This document shows, one piece after another, positions 32,089-43,318 of a DNA stretch of 64,000 nt. Positions within the stretch are counted from its first letter, which is position 1; each line of letters starts with the position of its first letter. The stretch covers positions 1 to 64,000 of the forward strand of contig CAWHWX010000007.1 in the NCBI GenBank assembly GCA_963833125.1. Reading direction: 5' to 3'. This DNA is from Candidatus Bathyarchaeota archaeon (GTDB taxonomy: Archaea > Thermoproteota > Bathyarchaeia > 40CM-2-53-6). The position numbers and the translations under genes were made by a program. The notes beneath the pieces are model-generated. The model was not told the origin of the DNA. It worked only from the letters and a program-made list of their open reading frames with translations, and made no database searches.

Positions 32089-32452
32089 GATGATCTCCGC
32101 GAGTGACGTACTTCAAGCGATCAGCGAGATTCACCAGTACTCAATGCTATTGATTGAGTTGAAGGACTCAACGACCGTAGGCATTCTACACTCTGGAGGC
32201 GATACAATGAGCTACTTCAAACTTGGAGGAGGTCTCAAACACTCAGAAAGAGTCGCTTTAGTTCGCGGCGTCAAAGAAGGAAAAACCACTCAATCGCTTA
32301 AGGCATTAACTGTCGAAGAACTGATCCGTGAGGTGGAGGGAAGGAAGGCGAAACACATCTGGCTAGAGGCAGTAGGCGAGGAGAAGAGAGAACATGGATT
32401 CCTCAGCATCTCGGAACTCAAGTTGTTCCTCCGAAACAATCCCAGCCGCTAG
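32089..32452 (+). CDS. Hypothetical protein
   Basis: Open frame with protein-like composition; no motif recognised. Confidence 0.5.
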
Positions 32453-32612
32453 TCACGTCGACTCCCCAAGTCTTCCTAAACACTTAGCTCGAGGTTGCGG
32501 GCACCCGCTTCAATCTTCCTTCCGAACCTGATCAATTACCGTTTCTAATGTAATGTTAATAAAAGGCCCTCAGTCGGTAGTATCGTTCCAAACTTTCAAC
32601 AAGGTCATCGTA

Positions 32613-33087
32613 TTGGCGAAATTCAAACTGATAGTCTCTGACCCAGCAAATGGGAAATCCTCGGCTAGCGAAATCGAAGGGCAAGGGCCCAGGCTCTGAT
32701 AGGCCGATCATTGGGTGAAACGATAGACGGCTCGCCATTGGGAATCGCACAGTCCAGACTACGGATAACGGGCGGATGCGACAAGAATGGGATACCAATG
32801 CGAGGAGACGTACACGGTGGGGTAAAGAAGTACATAGTCCTCTCCGCCGGCCCCGGGTTCAAACCTCATCGACACGGGGAGAGAAGAAGGAAGCTAGTAC
32901 GTGGACGAACAATAACCGACGAAACCTACCAGATTAACTTCGCTCTTACCAAGGAAGGGCCAGCTGAACCAAAGCGTCCCGCCGAGGCTAAACACCTGCT
33001 GAGCCACCAAGAGCATCCCCGTCAAAGCAACCGGAGAAGCCACGGACTAAGAAGGTAGCGAAAAAACCAGCAAAGAAGGGACGGTAG
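32613..33087 (+). CDS. rps6e: 30S ribosomal protein eS6 with K/P/A-rich tail, frameshifted
   Basis: MAKFKLIVSDP..., ITGGCDKNGIPMR, GERRRKLVRG, QIN. Confidence 0.92.
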
Positions 33088-33099
33088 GCGGAAAGTAAG

Positions 33100-33573
33100 A
33101 TGGATTTCAAAGTCAAGCAAGACACGTACAATCCGCTTCTCAAGCGGAAAGAAGTTAGCATTGAAATCGACCATGATAGCCAAGGCACCCCGTCGAGAGT
33201 AGACTTGAGAAAGGCGGTTGCGTCAAAATACAATACCAAGCCCGAGAACGTGTACGTGGTAGATGTCGAAACGCGAACCGGGACGCAGAATTCCGTATGC
33301 TCTGTAGAAGTCTATGACGATGCCGAAACTGCGAAGCAAACGGTCCGCAAATACATTCAGACTCGCAATCTTCCTCCTGAAGAACGAAAGAAAGTAAGAG
33401 AGCAAGAAGCAAAGAAGGAGGAACCGAAACCCGAGAAACCTAAGGCCGCGAAACCCGCTGCTGAAGCTAAAGCTGCCAAGCCTGCTGAAGAAGTGAAGGA
33501 AGCTAAACCAAAACCGGAAGCTAAACCCGCGGGTGAGGCGCCAAAGAAAGGCAAAGATGGTGAGACAAAGTGA
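33100..33573 (+). CDS. rps24e: 30S ribosomal protein eS24 with K/P/A/E-rich tail
   Basis: NPLLKRKEV, TPSR, VYDD. Confidence 0.93.
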   Translation: MDFKVKQDTYNPLLKRKEVSIEIDHDSQGTPSRVDLRKAVASKYNTKPENVYVVDVETRTGTQNSVCSVEVYDDAETAKQTVRKYIQTRNLPPEERKKVREQEAKKEEPKPEKPKAAKPAAEAKAAKPAEEVKEAKPKPEAKPAGEAPKKGKDGETK

Positions 33574-33789
33574 GCGAAACCAAAGTAAGCGAGAGCAAAC
33601 CGAGCGGCAAGAAACAACCTAAGGCTCGGCTAAGTGCCCTCTATGAAGTTGATTCCGAAAAGGGAACGATAAAGCTCAAGAACCGCAAATGTCCACGTTG
33701 TGGAAACATAATGGCATACCATAAGAGCTCCAGTTGAGCGTTGGACTTGCGGTTCATGTAGCTTCACTGATTTCGTTAAAGCCAAGTAA
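33570..33789 (+). CDS. rps27ae: 30S ribosomal protein eS31 (S27ae), frameshifted; absent from the ORF track
   Basis: Manual translation: LYEVDSEKGTIKLKNRKCPRCGNIMAYH...RWTCGSCSFTDF. Confidence 0.9.
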
Positions 33790-33790
33790 C

Positions 33791-34309
33791 CTAACCTATC
33801 CTCTCCATCTGATCGAGAATCGCTTGGGCCTCTGCCTTCTTTGCCTCCGAGACCCTGACGAGAACAATCCCTTCACCCGGCTGTCCGTAGACAACTAACG
33901 CACCAAGCGGTGCGGACCTCACCGTTACAATCGTGAGTAAATCTTCCTCACCTTCGACTTCTATCAGATCACCACCACCAAGAATAGCTCGCTTGACCGT
34001 CTCGCACGCTTCGACCTCGATCGTTCCCGCAGGGTTCTTGGTCCTGATCCTCCTCTGCGCTTTGAACTCGTAGGTCTTAGCTCTGGCCCTCTTTTCCAAG
34101 TTATCAATAATCATTAGATCAGCCCTGATTCCACTCTGAGTTGCATTTCTAGAGATGGAGTCTCCCACCAGAATCACCTTAGTCGGGTGCTCTTTGGCGA
34201 TGACTTCCTTCAAGATTCGATTGCATTCATCCTCGTTTCCCGCTACGAGTACTCCAAGGGGGCGGCTGAGCGTTTCCCTAAGTTTTGGAGTTAATACGTA
34301 CCTTGTCAC
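33791..34309 (-). CDS. GTP-dependent dephospho-CoA kinase (DUF359)
   Basis: LVGD, NPAGTI, VEGEEDL, VVYGQPGEG; usual neighbour of spt4. Confidence 0.88.
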   Translation of the reverse strand: MTRYVLTPKLRETLSRPLGVLVAGNEDECNRILKEVIAKEHPTKVILVGDSISRNATQSGIRADLMIIDNLEKRARAKTYEFKAQRRIRTKNPAGTIEVEACETVKRAILGGGDLIEVEGEEDLLTIVTVRSAPLGALVVYGQPGEGIVLVRVSEAKKAEAQAILDQMERIG

Positions 34310-34335
34310 GTGAAACAGCTTGCCGCTAAGAGTTG

Positions 34336-34521
34336 TCAGCGGACACGCACGGCGTATCGACCTGCGGTTTTGATACCCATCCTTTTCGCTACCTCGGACG
34401 TGTTAGCATCCACTATGACTACAAGTCCGCTCCAGTCGTCGCTAAGGTTCGTGGACTTGCAGTTCGGACAAACGGGGCCATTGCTGATGTACCTGCAATT
34501 CTTGCAGGCCTTATCGGTCAA
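34336..34521 (-). CDS. spt4: Transcription elongation factor Spt4 (RpoE'')
   Basis: KACKNC...CPNC...WSG...GRYAVRV. Confidence 0.95.
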   Translation of the reverse strand: MTDKACKNCRYISNGPVCPNCKSTNLSDDWSGLVVIVDANTSEVAKRMGIKTAGRYAVRVR

Positions 34522-35093
34522 GAGGCCTTCTCCTCACGAACGACCTTCGTCCGCTTAATATCTCCCTCAATCCAGTCGAGCTTGCCGAGGAAAGGCTGAC
34601 GCATCGTGATACCAATTTTCCCTCCCGCTCCACCGTGCGGGAAACTTACAGCGATAATTCGTCCTCTTACCATGTCACCTTTTCCTAGCTTCCGTTGCGA
34701 TTCTTTGCCTACAAGTACACCATGTTTCTCATCGAAGGATATGTAGTCGTCCATAATCTGAGAAACATGTAGTAGTGCGTCTTCAGGTCCGATTCTGACG
34801 AAAGCTCCGAAATCAGTAACTTCTACGACTTCGCCCTCAACGACCTCGTGCATTTCAGGGTAGAACGACAGTAATTTGAAACTGACCTTATGATATGTTG
34901 ATCCGTCTCCGGGCAAAATCTTGCCCACCGGGTCCACGTCTACGTCTACCACAAGGATTACGTATCCTAATTCTTCGTCGACTACGTTTTCATACTTTAG
35001 TTTAATCTGGTCTTTCGCGGCCTTATCTATAGGATGGCCGAAGCTTTGCGGCGGAATTCTAACTATGTCTTCTACGGTTACTAGTCTGAACAT
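34518..35093 (-). CDS. rpoE1: RNA polymerase subunit Rpo7 (E')
   Basis: VRIPP, PGDG, FGAFVRIGP.DALLHVSQI, MRQPFLGK. Confidence 0.95.
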   Translation of the reverse strand: MFRLVTVEDIVRIPPQSFGHPIDKAAKDQIKLKYENVVDEELGYVILVVDVDVDPVGKILPGDGSTYHKVSFKLLSFYPEMHEVVEGEVVEVTDFGAFVRIGPEDALLHVSQIMDDYISFDEKHGVLVGKESQRKLGKGDMVRGRIIAVSFPHGGAGGKIGITMRQPFLGKLDWIEGDIKRTKVVREEKAS

Positions 35094-35124
35094 TTTGTTA
35101 CCTTCGTATGAGCCTCATATTGGT

Positions 35125-35530
35125 CTAGAAGTAAGCAGGCTCGATTCCTTCGACTTCTAGTTTTGATTTATCTCTGAGGTACACAACCGGGACGTTAATA
35201 TCTCTTAGCCTCTTTTTCAGTTCAATGTCGTTTGTTGCGACTACGGCCCCGAGTTTTTGAGACGCCTTAACTATTGCGTCATCGACTGTCTCGCCTGGAC
35301 TGAGCGCCACTTCAACCACGTGGCAGCGTGATGCGAGCTGCAGCGCCAAAGACGCTTCCGCAGCACCTTCCCCTCCTCGCAGAGATTTGTGTCAATTCAC
35401 TCTTGACTGCCGAAGGAACTACAAGGTCGACTTTTTTCTGAAAGAGGTACTCCAATTCTTGGAAAATATCGAGATGGAATTGAAACGGTATCATCAGGAA
35501 GTTGGAATCGAGAATGACTTTGACGGGCAT
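35125..35530 (-). CDS. PIN-domain protein (Fcf1/Utp24-like), frameshifted
   Basis: VILDSNFLMIP, VDDAI, VATNDIELKKRL. Confidence 0.85.
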
Positions 35531-35532
35531 TT

Positions 35533-36801
35533 CTATGCCTTCAGTGAGCCGAAACCGATCAAACGCCAGCTGTCTGCGATTCTGCGACTTACTGCGACCT
35601 TCGCTCCAGCATCTGCGCACACTGGTTTCTTGAGCACCACATCGACCAATGATTCGCGAGCTGAACTCACTACACCTGAAGTAACGGTTGTCCCTACATT
35701 CAACACGAGGGCTTCGTTTGTTCTGATTTTCTCCACCGGAACAGCCAATTCGGTCCCTACCACTTTATCGAAAAGGCTGACTTCGAGCGTTATCTTGCCC
35801 ACGGTGGGAGGAAGAGTGTCAACTTTTCCCGCGACACTCCCGACAAGGCCGTCGGACTTTGTGAGTGAAGGGTCTAGATCGGTGCCAAGGCCGACCAATC
35901 CTCCGCTTTTCGCTTCTTGAACCTGGCCTCTGCTAACGCTAAGACTCCTTACGGTAGTAAGTAACCGCTCGTACCTGGTCTTACCACCTTCCTGAATTGG
36001 AATGCCAGGTTTTATTTCGATCTGGTCGCCGACACGAAACACACCCTGCACGATCGAACCCCCAATCACTCCTCCAACCAAGTCATCGATTTCAGTGCCC
36101 GGCTTATTTACCTCAAAAGAACGCAAGACGTACAATCGGGGCGAGGCGGCAAAATCACGTTTCGGAGTAGGAATATTGTCCTCGATCTCCTTCAGCAGCA
36201 CGTCAATGTTAGTGCCGTGTTGAGCAGATATTGGAACGATTGGAGCTCCATCGGCGATCGTCCCCTTGACAAACGCCCGGATCTCCTTGTAATTCTCCTG
36301 CGCTCTCTCTTTTGTCACGACATCAATCTTATTCTGCACAATAACGAGTTTCTTAATGCCAACACGCTCTGCGGCAAGCAAGTGTTCTCTGTCCTGGGCC
36401 TGAGGACATTTTGCACTACTTGCAAGGACAAACAGTGCACCATCCATCAGTGCTGAGCCTGAGAGCATCGTCACCATGAGACTATGGTGTCCAGGGCAAT
36501 CTACAAAGCTCACTGCCCGTACGAGTGTGGCCTCGCTACCGCAGTTGGGACATTTTGGCTGTACTGTGTAGTTGCTCGGAGCTCGACATTTTGGGCACTT
36601 GTAGATGAAGGCGTCAGCATATCCGATTCTAATCGTAATTCCCCTTCGTAGTTCTTCAGAATGGCGAGCAGTCCATTGGCCGGTCAGAGCCTGAACCAGC
36701 GTGCTTTTGCCGTTGTCAACGTGCCCAAGCGTCCCGATGTTCACTTCGGGTTGCACTACTTCCTCTGTTTTCCTCTCGGATTTGAGAATCGCTTGAGCCA
36801 T
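35533..36801 (-). CDS. eif2g: Translation initiation factor aIF2 gamma subunit
   Basis: QPEVNIGTLGHVDNGKST, EELRRGITI, DCPGH, QNKID, WRLIGFG. Confidence 0.96.
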   Translation of the reverse strand: MAQAILKSERKTEEVVQPEVNIGTLGHVDNGKSTLVQALTGQWTARHSEELRRGITIRIGYADAFIYKCPKCRAPSNYTVQPKCPNCGSEATLVRAVSFVDCPGHHSLMVTMLSGSALMDGALFVLASSAKCPQAQDREHLLAAERVGIKKLVIVQNKIDVVTKERAQENYKEIRAFVKGTIADGAPIVPISAQHGTNIDVLLKEIEDNIPTPKRDFAASPRLYVLRSFEVNKPGTEIDDLVGGVIGGSIVQGVFRVGDQIEIKPGIPIQEGGKTRYERLLTTVRSLSVSRGQVQEAKSGGLVGLGTDLDPSLTKSDGLVGSVAGKVDTLPPTVGKITLEVSLFDKVVGTELAVPVEKIRTNEALVLNVGTTVTSGVVSSARESLVDVVLKKPVCADAGAKVAVSRRIADSWRLIGFGSLKA

Positions 36802-37116
36802 GTTAATGATCATCCATTTTTGCAGACTGGAACCGATCGGTTCAATATATGTGTGAGGGTAAACTAGCGCCAGAAATCTTCGTTTGTCAAACCCTAGGCT
36901 CATGATAATCCTAGAATCTTAATCTGCTAGAGCGCTTCAGATTCTGATTTAATCATAAGATTAATTAGAGCTCCCTCAACCAATCGCAACATGGCGAGGA
37001 AAAATGGGTGACCGCATTTGCTCACGAACCCTTTTCCCTGCGGCTAGTTAACGCACAACTAGCTAGAGCAGAATTGCACATCCCGTCTGAGTTTCTTGCA
37101 TCAGAGGATTACGGAT

Positions 37117-38534
37117 ATGGTTCTTAGAATATACAACACCAGGACGAAAACAATCGAGGAATTCACGCCCCGAGCACGGAAATAGGGTCCATATGTTCGT
37201 GTGCGGTCCTACAGTCTATGATCACAGCCATATTGGTCACGCGCGCACCTATCTTGCTTACGACATAATTGCCCGATACCTTCGAGCGAAGGGATACAGT
37301 CTGTTTTACCTCATGAATGTCACAGACGTGGAGGACAAGATCATCACTCGAGCAAACGCTTCGGGGGTAGATCCGCTGAAGATGGCGGACGAGTTCGCCA
37401 AGGAATTCATGACAGATATGGAAGCACTCGGGATAACAAGCGTCAACCTATACGCGAAAGCATCTGAGCACATTCCTGAAATCATTGCACAGATCTCAAC
37501 CCTCATTGCGAAAGGCTTCGCATACGAAGCCCAAGGTGATGTCTACTACGACGTTTCCAAATTCCCTGACTATGGTAAACTATCGGGCCAGAAGGTTGAG
37601 CAACTCGTTATGCATAGAATCGACCCAGACCCCCGAAAGAGAAGCCCGGCCGACTTTGCGCTATGGAAGAGTGCGAAACCAGGCGAACCCTGGTGGGATA
37701 GTCCTTGGGGAAAGGGCAGACCAGGGTGGCACATCGAGGACACAGCGATAACTACCAACTACTTTGGACCAACATACGACATCCACGGCGGCGGCCTCGA
37801 CCTGATCTTTCCACATCACGAGGCAGAAATCGCTCAGGCTGAAGCAGCCACTGGCGTTTCTCCCCTAGTTCGATTCTGGGTACATGGCGGACTCCTCACG
37901 ATAAGCGGAGAACGCATGGGCCACTCACTGGGCAACTTCATCACCATTGAAGATACACTTCGAAAGCACGATGCCGAAGCTCTGCGCTTGTATTACGGAA
38001 TGAGGCATTACCGCAGTCAACTCAGCTTCGATGAAGCTGACATCAAACAGGCAGAGGAAGTTCTTGACAAACTAAGGTCCGTTTACAATCAGTTTAGGAT
38101 GAAAGCTGAGTCGAATGAGGATGATGAACAAGGTGTCGCGGACTCTATCGAGAAGCTATCTACGAAAGCTATTGCTGAATTCAATGACGCCATGGACGAC
38201 GACTTCAATACACCCCGTGCTCTGGCCACGATGATCACTTACGCAAAGGACGTAGAGGCATATGCTGTTCGCAAAATTGGCCGGAAGCGTTGCTGAGCGG
38301 GTCTCCAAGACTCTAAGCTACTTCGGGAACATCTTCGGAATTCTCGTATCAACTCAAGTCAACCAAAACAACGTCATTGATGACCTGTTGAAAGTTATTC
38401 TGCAACTACGAGAGGACGCAAGAAAACGGGGCGACTGGGCCACTGCGGATCGGCTGAGAGAAGCAGTCACCAATTCGGGGATTGGGCTAGAGGACACTCC
38501 TGTCAGGGACGCGGTGGTACCTCGCGTCCGCTGA
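37117..38534 (+). CDS. cysS: Cysteine--tRNA ligase, frameshifted
   Basis: LRIYNT, CGPTVYD..HIGH, DFALWK, GRPGWHIE, DLIFPHHE, DDFNTP, ADRLR; end approximate. Confidence 0.93.
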
Positions 38535-38544
38535 TCGGAAGAAA

Positions 38545-39033
38545 TCAAGCTGAAAGTTTGTAACCAATTTTCCTAAGGAAATCTTTCCTATCTCGCACGT
38601 CCTTTTCGGTTTCGACGCCCTTTGATGCGAAACCGTCGACGACCCCTAAGATTCCTCTACCCTGGCCCGTTTCGGCTAAGATGACCTGGAAAGGATTCGC
38701 CGTGGCCAAGTAGATGTTACAAACCTCTGGGACAGACTTCACCTTGTCGAGGACGTTTATTGGAAATACGTTGCGCATGAATATTATGAAACTGTGCCCC
38801 GCAGAGAGCTGGAGCGCAGTCTTCGACGCCAATTGCTTAAGGTCGGAGTCGTTCCCCTCTGATCGAATTAGGCAGGGTCCGCTCGATTCACAGAAAGCGA
38901 TTCCGAATTTCGCGTTTGGAACGGCGTTCACCATGGCCTCGTGAAGGTCTTCGACAGTTTTAATGAAATGGCTCTGCCCAAGGATCACGTTGCAGCCGTC
39001 AGGAACTGTTACATCAACAATTATCGTGTTTAA
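38545..39033 (-). CDS. Adenosine-specific kinase family (DUF355)
   Basis: [41 protein letters not shown]. Confidence 0.88.
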   Translation of the reverse strand, partial: LNTIIVDVTVPDGCNVILGQSHFIKTVEDLHEAMVNAVPNAKFGIAFCESSGPCLIRSEGNDSDLKQLASKTALQLSAGHSFIIFMRNVFPINVLDKVKSVPEVCNIYLATANPFQVILAETGQGRGILGVVDGFASKGVETEKDVRDRKDFLRKIGYKLSA

Positions 39034-39053
39034 GGGAGAAGCACCTGGATTCG

Positions 39054-40271
39054 TTAGAGCTCCAACTCCTTTTCAACCTTCGCGAGGACCTCCACTCCCT
39101 TAGATCTGACAGCTACGGTGTCCTCGATGCGAACGCCACCGTAGCCGGGAAAATAGACACCTGGCTCGACAGTGACGACCTCTCCACTCTTCAGGGGATC
39201 CTTGACCGCTAGGCTCAGGTAGGGACTCTCCCCGATCGTAAGCCCAACCCCGTGTCCCAGTGAATGAATGAAGCCGGTCGATAGGCTCTTCGCCTTACCT
39301 TGAAAAATCTCCCTCACTGTTCGGTACCCTGCCCGTTCTATGACGTCGCAAGAAATCTCCATTGCAGCCTCACCCGTTACGCCAGCGCTCAAGCAGTCAA
39401 GCGCGGCCATTTGCGCGCCTTTGACGGCTTCGAACATTTTCCTTGCCCTCGCATCCGCCCTCCCCACAACAAAAGTCCGAGTCATGTCGAACCAATACCC
39501 ACTATTAGCTTGAGGGAAGATGTCAAAGACAATCAGCTTACCCTTCCTGATTTCAGCGGTGTCAACGCCCGCGTTGTGGGGATCTGCCCCCGATGGGCCA
39601 ATCGCGAATATCGTGCCCTCCGGCGCAATTAGCTTTTCACGAGCCAACTTCGATGCGACCATGAATTTGACCAATCCGACGGTAGCCCGTTTCCTATCGA
39701 TTTGCAAGTGGCCCCGTTTCTCCTTGGCATTCCGAAGCGATTGGAGCACTTCTTCGACTACTTTCGCAGTTTTGCCTCCAACCCTTCTTATTTCTTCAAG
39801 CTCTTTGCGATCTTTCCTGTCTCGTGCGCTCTCGAGTATTGTAGGAGATTGTTGTCCGGTGACCTTCACGCCTAGTCTTTTCAGCTTCTCAGCTAATCGT
39901 AAACCGCTGGCTAAGTCGTTCCTGCCGAAGAGAACTACCTTTCCACGTACTCCTTCCGCTCTCAGTATTTGCAAGATGAGATGTGGGAAGGCACCGCCTC
40001 TATTCTCGAATTGTCTAAGTAGCTTTTCGTATCGCCACTGTGTCAGAGTTTGGATTCTCTTGACTTTACCTGCTCTCTTGGCTGACCCGTAATCCAAATT
40101 GCTGACAATGAGCAGGGGTGGTCTGCCGAGTTTCTTGAAATAAGTGCCACCTCGGGGAAGTACTCCTCCCACGACGTAGGTAAGATCGGGGTCTGCCAGA
40201 GTGGTATTTCCGCTCACGACAATCCCATCGATTCCTTTCGACCGCATCTCTGCATCTATATCGTCAATCAT
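39054..40271 (-). CDS. Xaa-Pro peptidase family (M24)
   Basis: Metal ligands [29 protein letters not shown]. Confidence 0.9.
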   Translation of the reverse strand: MIDDIDAEMRSKGIDGIVVSGNTTLADPDLTYVVGGVLPRGGTYFKKLGRPPLLIVSNLDYGSAKRAGKVKRIQTLTQWRYEKLLRQFENRGGAFPHLILQILRAEGVRGKVVLFGRNDLASGLRLAEKLKRLGVKVTGQQSPTILESARDRKDRKELEEIRRVGGKTAKVVEEVLQSLRNAKEKRGHLQIDRKRATVGLVKFMVASKLAREKLIAPEGTIFAIGPSGADPHNAGVDTAEIRKGKLIVFDIFPQANSGYWFDMTRTFVVGRADARARKMFEAVKGAQMAALDCLSAGVTGEAAMEISCDVIERAGYRTVREIFQGKAKSLSTGFIHSLGHGVGLTIGESPYLSLAVKDPLKSGEVVTVEPGVYFPGYGGVRIEDTVAVRSKGVEVLAKVEKELEL

Positions 40272-40282
40272 CCGAAATCACA

Positions 40283-40597
40283 TCAATTCCTCGAACCGAT
40301 TGCGCGAGCCCGTTTAGTTTTGTTATCAATTTCTAGCCCTAGCACGGATCTTGAAACGTTGAAAGCAGTTCCCAACAATCTAAGGTATGAGGTCGTTATT
40401 GCCCGTAACGCTGCAGTATCTCTCGCCTCGAATTGGAGTTTGAGCATTCTTCCTCTCTTGATAATTCTTGCGTTGGCTTTCTCGCCTACCGGGTACAAAA
40501 TCTCAGGGCGTAGTGCTTCGGCGATTGCTTCCATTTGTTGGCGCGACTTGAACCGTGCGCTGATTCTGGCTTCAGCGCTGCGCTTGGGTTGTCTCAT
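40283..40597 (-). CDS. pcc1: KEOPS Pcc1-like subunit
   Basis: ALRPE, FEARDTAALRAITTSYLRL; position after rpl37ae. Confidence 0.8.
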   Translation of the reverse strand: MRQPKRSAEARISARFKSRQQMEAIAEALRPEILYPVGEKANARIIKRGRMLKLQFEARDTAALRAITTSYLRLLGTAFNVSRSVLGLEIDNKTKRARAIGSRN

Positions 40598-40634
40598 TTT
40601 CTCCGTCTTTACGTTCTCTTGCTGACTTGACGCG

Positions 40635-41034
40635 TTACTCGGATTTCTCTTCAGTAGTCTTATCGGGTTCTTTTTCTTCTTTCGCTTTACGACGCCTTCG
40701 CTTTCGTTTTGGCTTTGGCTTCGGCTTCCATCTGTCGTGCTCTTTCAGCTTTAAGCTCGGCCACTGCACTGCTGGCGACGCCAGCACGGGCAGCCCTTTC
40801 AGCTACTTGACCAAGCTTTGTCGCGGGCGAATAGGCACCCCCTGCGAATTTGAACCCGCAGCTACCGCAGAGCCATATCCCAACAGATTGGCGTTTGACG
40901 GTGCTGATGTGGCATTGAGGGCATTCATGAGGTGCTTTCATCTCAGTCATGATTGTGGAGTATCTTTTCCGTGCCATGGTTCCGTAGCGGGCCCCGAAGC
41001 TCCCAGATGGGCCTACTTTGTACGTTCTTCCCAC
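40635..41034 (-). CDS. rpl37ae: 50S ribosomal protein eL43 (L37Ae) with charged C-terminal tail; probable frameshift in the tail
   Basis: FGARYG, CPQC, GIWLCGSCG..FAGGAY. Confidence 0.93.
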
Positions 41035-41035
41035 G

Positions 41036-41853
41036 TTAGTTCACTTTCGACAGAATTTTCTCTCGAAGTTCCTTCGATTTCTTTACTGAGGACGATACAA
41101 TCTGCTTAATTTCTTCAGGAGTGAAGACACCTAATCCTCCTTTCTGCATAGCGCAAACATTGTCATCCTTGTCCGTCGTGACGGTAAGGCGGCAACTCAT
41201 CACTTGCTCTTCCTCGAGGCATGGGTCAACGACGACAGAACCGTCCAGTTTCACAGACGTGATTGGGACAGGGTAGTTCTGCATTGGGAGAGGGATTTTC
41301 GTGTCTTTATACTTGATCTCGCCACCTTTCACCTCAAACGCTTGCATTTTCGCGCTTATCAGTGCCCCCAGCGCCGCCATCCCTGCAGCATCGATCAAGT
41401 TTCCATCATGGTCAAGAACGTAGACGTCCACGAAAATCACGAGAACCTTCTTTCCTGGGTCAATGCACATCTTGGCAACGTCTATGGCTTTCGATTCACG
41501 TATTCCGCGGTCAACGACTCTCGCAAGCTCGATGGAATTCTCGCCGGGCGGGCCTGCTTCAAATGTAGGGTACGCAAGTGGAACGAATTCCGCGTGTTGA
41601 CGGTGAGTATCCCCTCGTTCGGAGTGTCTGGAAAAGGAGTGCCAACTTGGACCTTCACCCCTGCAAGAACTTTAGTCTTGCCGAGGTAGACTTGAGCAGA
41701 ACCATTGGCTTTCTCGATAGTGCCAAGCATGATTGTGAGAGGCCGGTAATCCATCAGGCCTCGATCATCAATCCGCTTTCCCTTCAGAATCAGGTCACGC
41801 ACAGTTTTCTGCTCGAGCTTGGCCAGTGGCGAAGGTTGGTGTGTTGCGGACAT
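41036..41853 (-). CDS. rrp42: Exosome subunit Rrp42, frameshifted
   Basis: KANGSAQVYLG, PFPDTPNEG, VLDHDGNLIDA, VVDP..EEE, AMQKGG. Confidence 0.93.
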
Positions 41854-42620
41854 TATGCTTTAACCTCCGCGATCTCCTCGGTCTCAGATTCTTCTCGTTC
41901 GATGTGGTACTTCTTCCGAAGGGCGTTGCGTTGCATTTCGTATATCGTCTTGCAAGCATTAATTGCCATTTCTAGGGCCTGCTTTAGTTCTTCCTCAGTC
42001 ATCGATCCATCCATTTGGAGTAGGCCAATTGAGTTTGACTTTGGCATGTACGCTACGGGCAGGTCAGCGTCTCCTTTCTTGTCTTCGATATCGGAGAGGT
42101 CGAGGACTACCTTGCCATCTATCTTACCTGCTGCGCAACCAGCAACTAGCTCTCGCAACGGAATTCCGGCATCGGCCAAAGCCAATGAGGCGGCAGTGAT
42201 CCCAGCACATCTGGTTCCTGCGTCCGCTTGCAGGACCTCAATAATGATATCGATGGTTGATCGGGGGAAATATTCCGACATTATCGAAGGCTCTAGCGAC
42301 TCTCTGATGACTTTGGAGAGTTCTAGTTCGCGCCTTGATGGGGCGGGTGACTTTCTTTCGTCAGTCGAGAACGGTGCCATGTGATATCGGCACTTCACAA
42401 CGGCCCTGTCGGCGAGCGCGATATGCTTCGGGTGTGCCTCACGGGGGCCGAATACTGCCGCTAGAATCTTGTTCCTTCCATGTTCGATGTAGGCTGATCC
42501 ATCCGCCTTATCGAGTAATCCAACTTCTAATTTGATTGGCCGTAGCTCATCAAGCCGTCGGCCGTCCACGCGGAGTCCGTTTTGATTAATTAGCTGAACT
42601 TGTTGTTCTTTATTGCCCAA
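41853..42620 (-). CDS. rrp41: Exosome subunit Rrp41
   Basis: DGRRLDELRPI, YHMAPFS, QADAGTR, LQMDG. Confidence 0.96.
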   Translation of the reverse strand: MGNKEQQVQLINQNGLRVDGRRLDELRPIKLEVGLLDKADGSAYIEHGRNKILAAVFGPREAHPKHIALADRAVVKCRYHMAPFSTDERKSPAPSRRELELSKVIRESLEPSIMSEYFPRSTIDIIIEVLQADAGTRCAGITAASLALADAGIPLRELVAGCAAGKIDGKVVLDLSDIEDKKGDADLPVAYMPKSNSIGLLQMDGSMTEEELKQALEMAINACKTIYEMQRNALRKKYHIEREESETEEIAEVKA

Positions 42621-43318
42621 CGGTTATTCCCTTCATTCGTTCCAGTATCATTGCTTTCACGCGTTCTGTCAAACCCGTCGTGTGTGCTTCACGTTCGATC
42701 ATGTAAATAGCTTCTACAGCTATCAGTTCCTGGTCAGGGTTTCTTCCAGTAACCAAGATAACGCCGTTTTGGCCGGGTATGATATCGGCTCCAGTCTCCT
42801 TCTTCAACATTGTTATCATCGATCCTTTCTTCCCAATGACTCTCGGTATCTTCGTATTGTTGATGCGCGCCACGCGACCTGAAGGTACCTTGCCTAGCCC
42901 TCTCCCCTTCGTTGTCAAGAGCGGATCACGGGTCCTGTCGAACGCAATCACCTGCGCAATCATAAGATCTCCAACTCCATAGATACTACGTAGATCTCGA
43001 CGCACTGAATCGCGCCTCGCGACTCATGGGAGTTTCAGAGGCAGGCAGCATTGCGGGATAGGGCGCGTAGATATCCACTTGCCACCCCGACATTCCAATG
43101 TCGGTGACTCGACCTAGAACTATGTCATCTATGCGAGGAATGTAAGCGCCTTTAACGGGCATTACTACGAGCTTGTTCCCAATAACCTCAGCCATACCCA
43201 CACGTGAAGCGAAGATCTTAGACCCTTCACGATACGTGTTCTCGCCCGCAAAGTATGGGCCCTCTGCCAGAACATCCCCCGGGCCGACTAACTGCTTTCT
43301 CTCTGCTATGACCGTCAA
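42610..43318 (-). CDS. rrp4: Exosome RNA-binding subunit Rrp4, frameshifted
   Basis: VGPGDVL, YIPRIDDIVLG, KIPRVIGKKGSMI, EAHTTGLT. Confidence 0.93.

Noticed and set aside
33420-33550. Short imperfect GAAGCTAAA/AAACC repeats as a DNA repeat array or CRISPR
   Set aside because: They simply encode the K/P/A/E-rich tail of eS24 and have no constant repeat-spacer period
36990-37116. T-box riboswitch upstream of cysS
   Set aside because: No UGGNACC antiterminator or stem I signature; T-boxes are not established in archaea
41578-42384. 268-aa plus-strand ORF and other long antisense ORFs (for example 39520-40092, 20648-21169, 35387-35920)
   Set aside because: They lie antisense to well-supported conserved genes and show no motifs of their own
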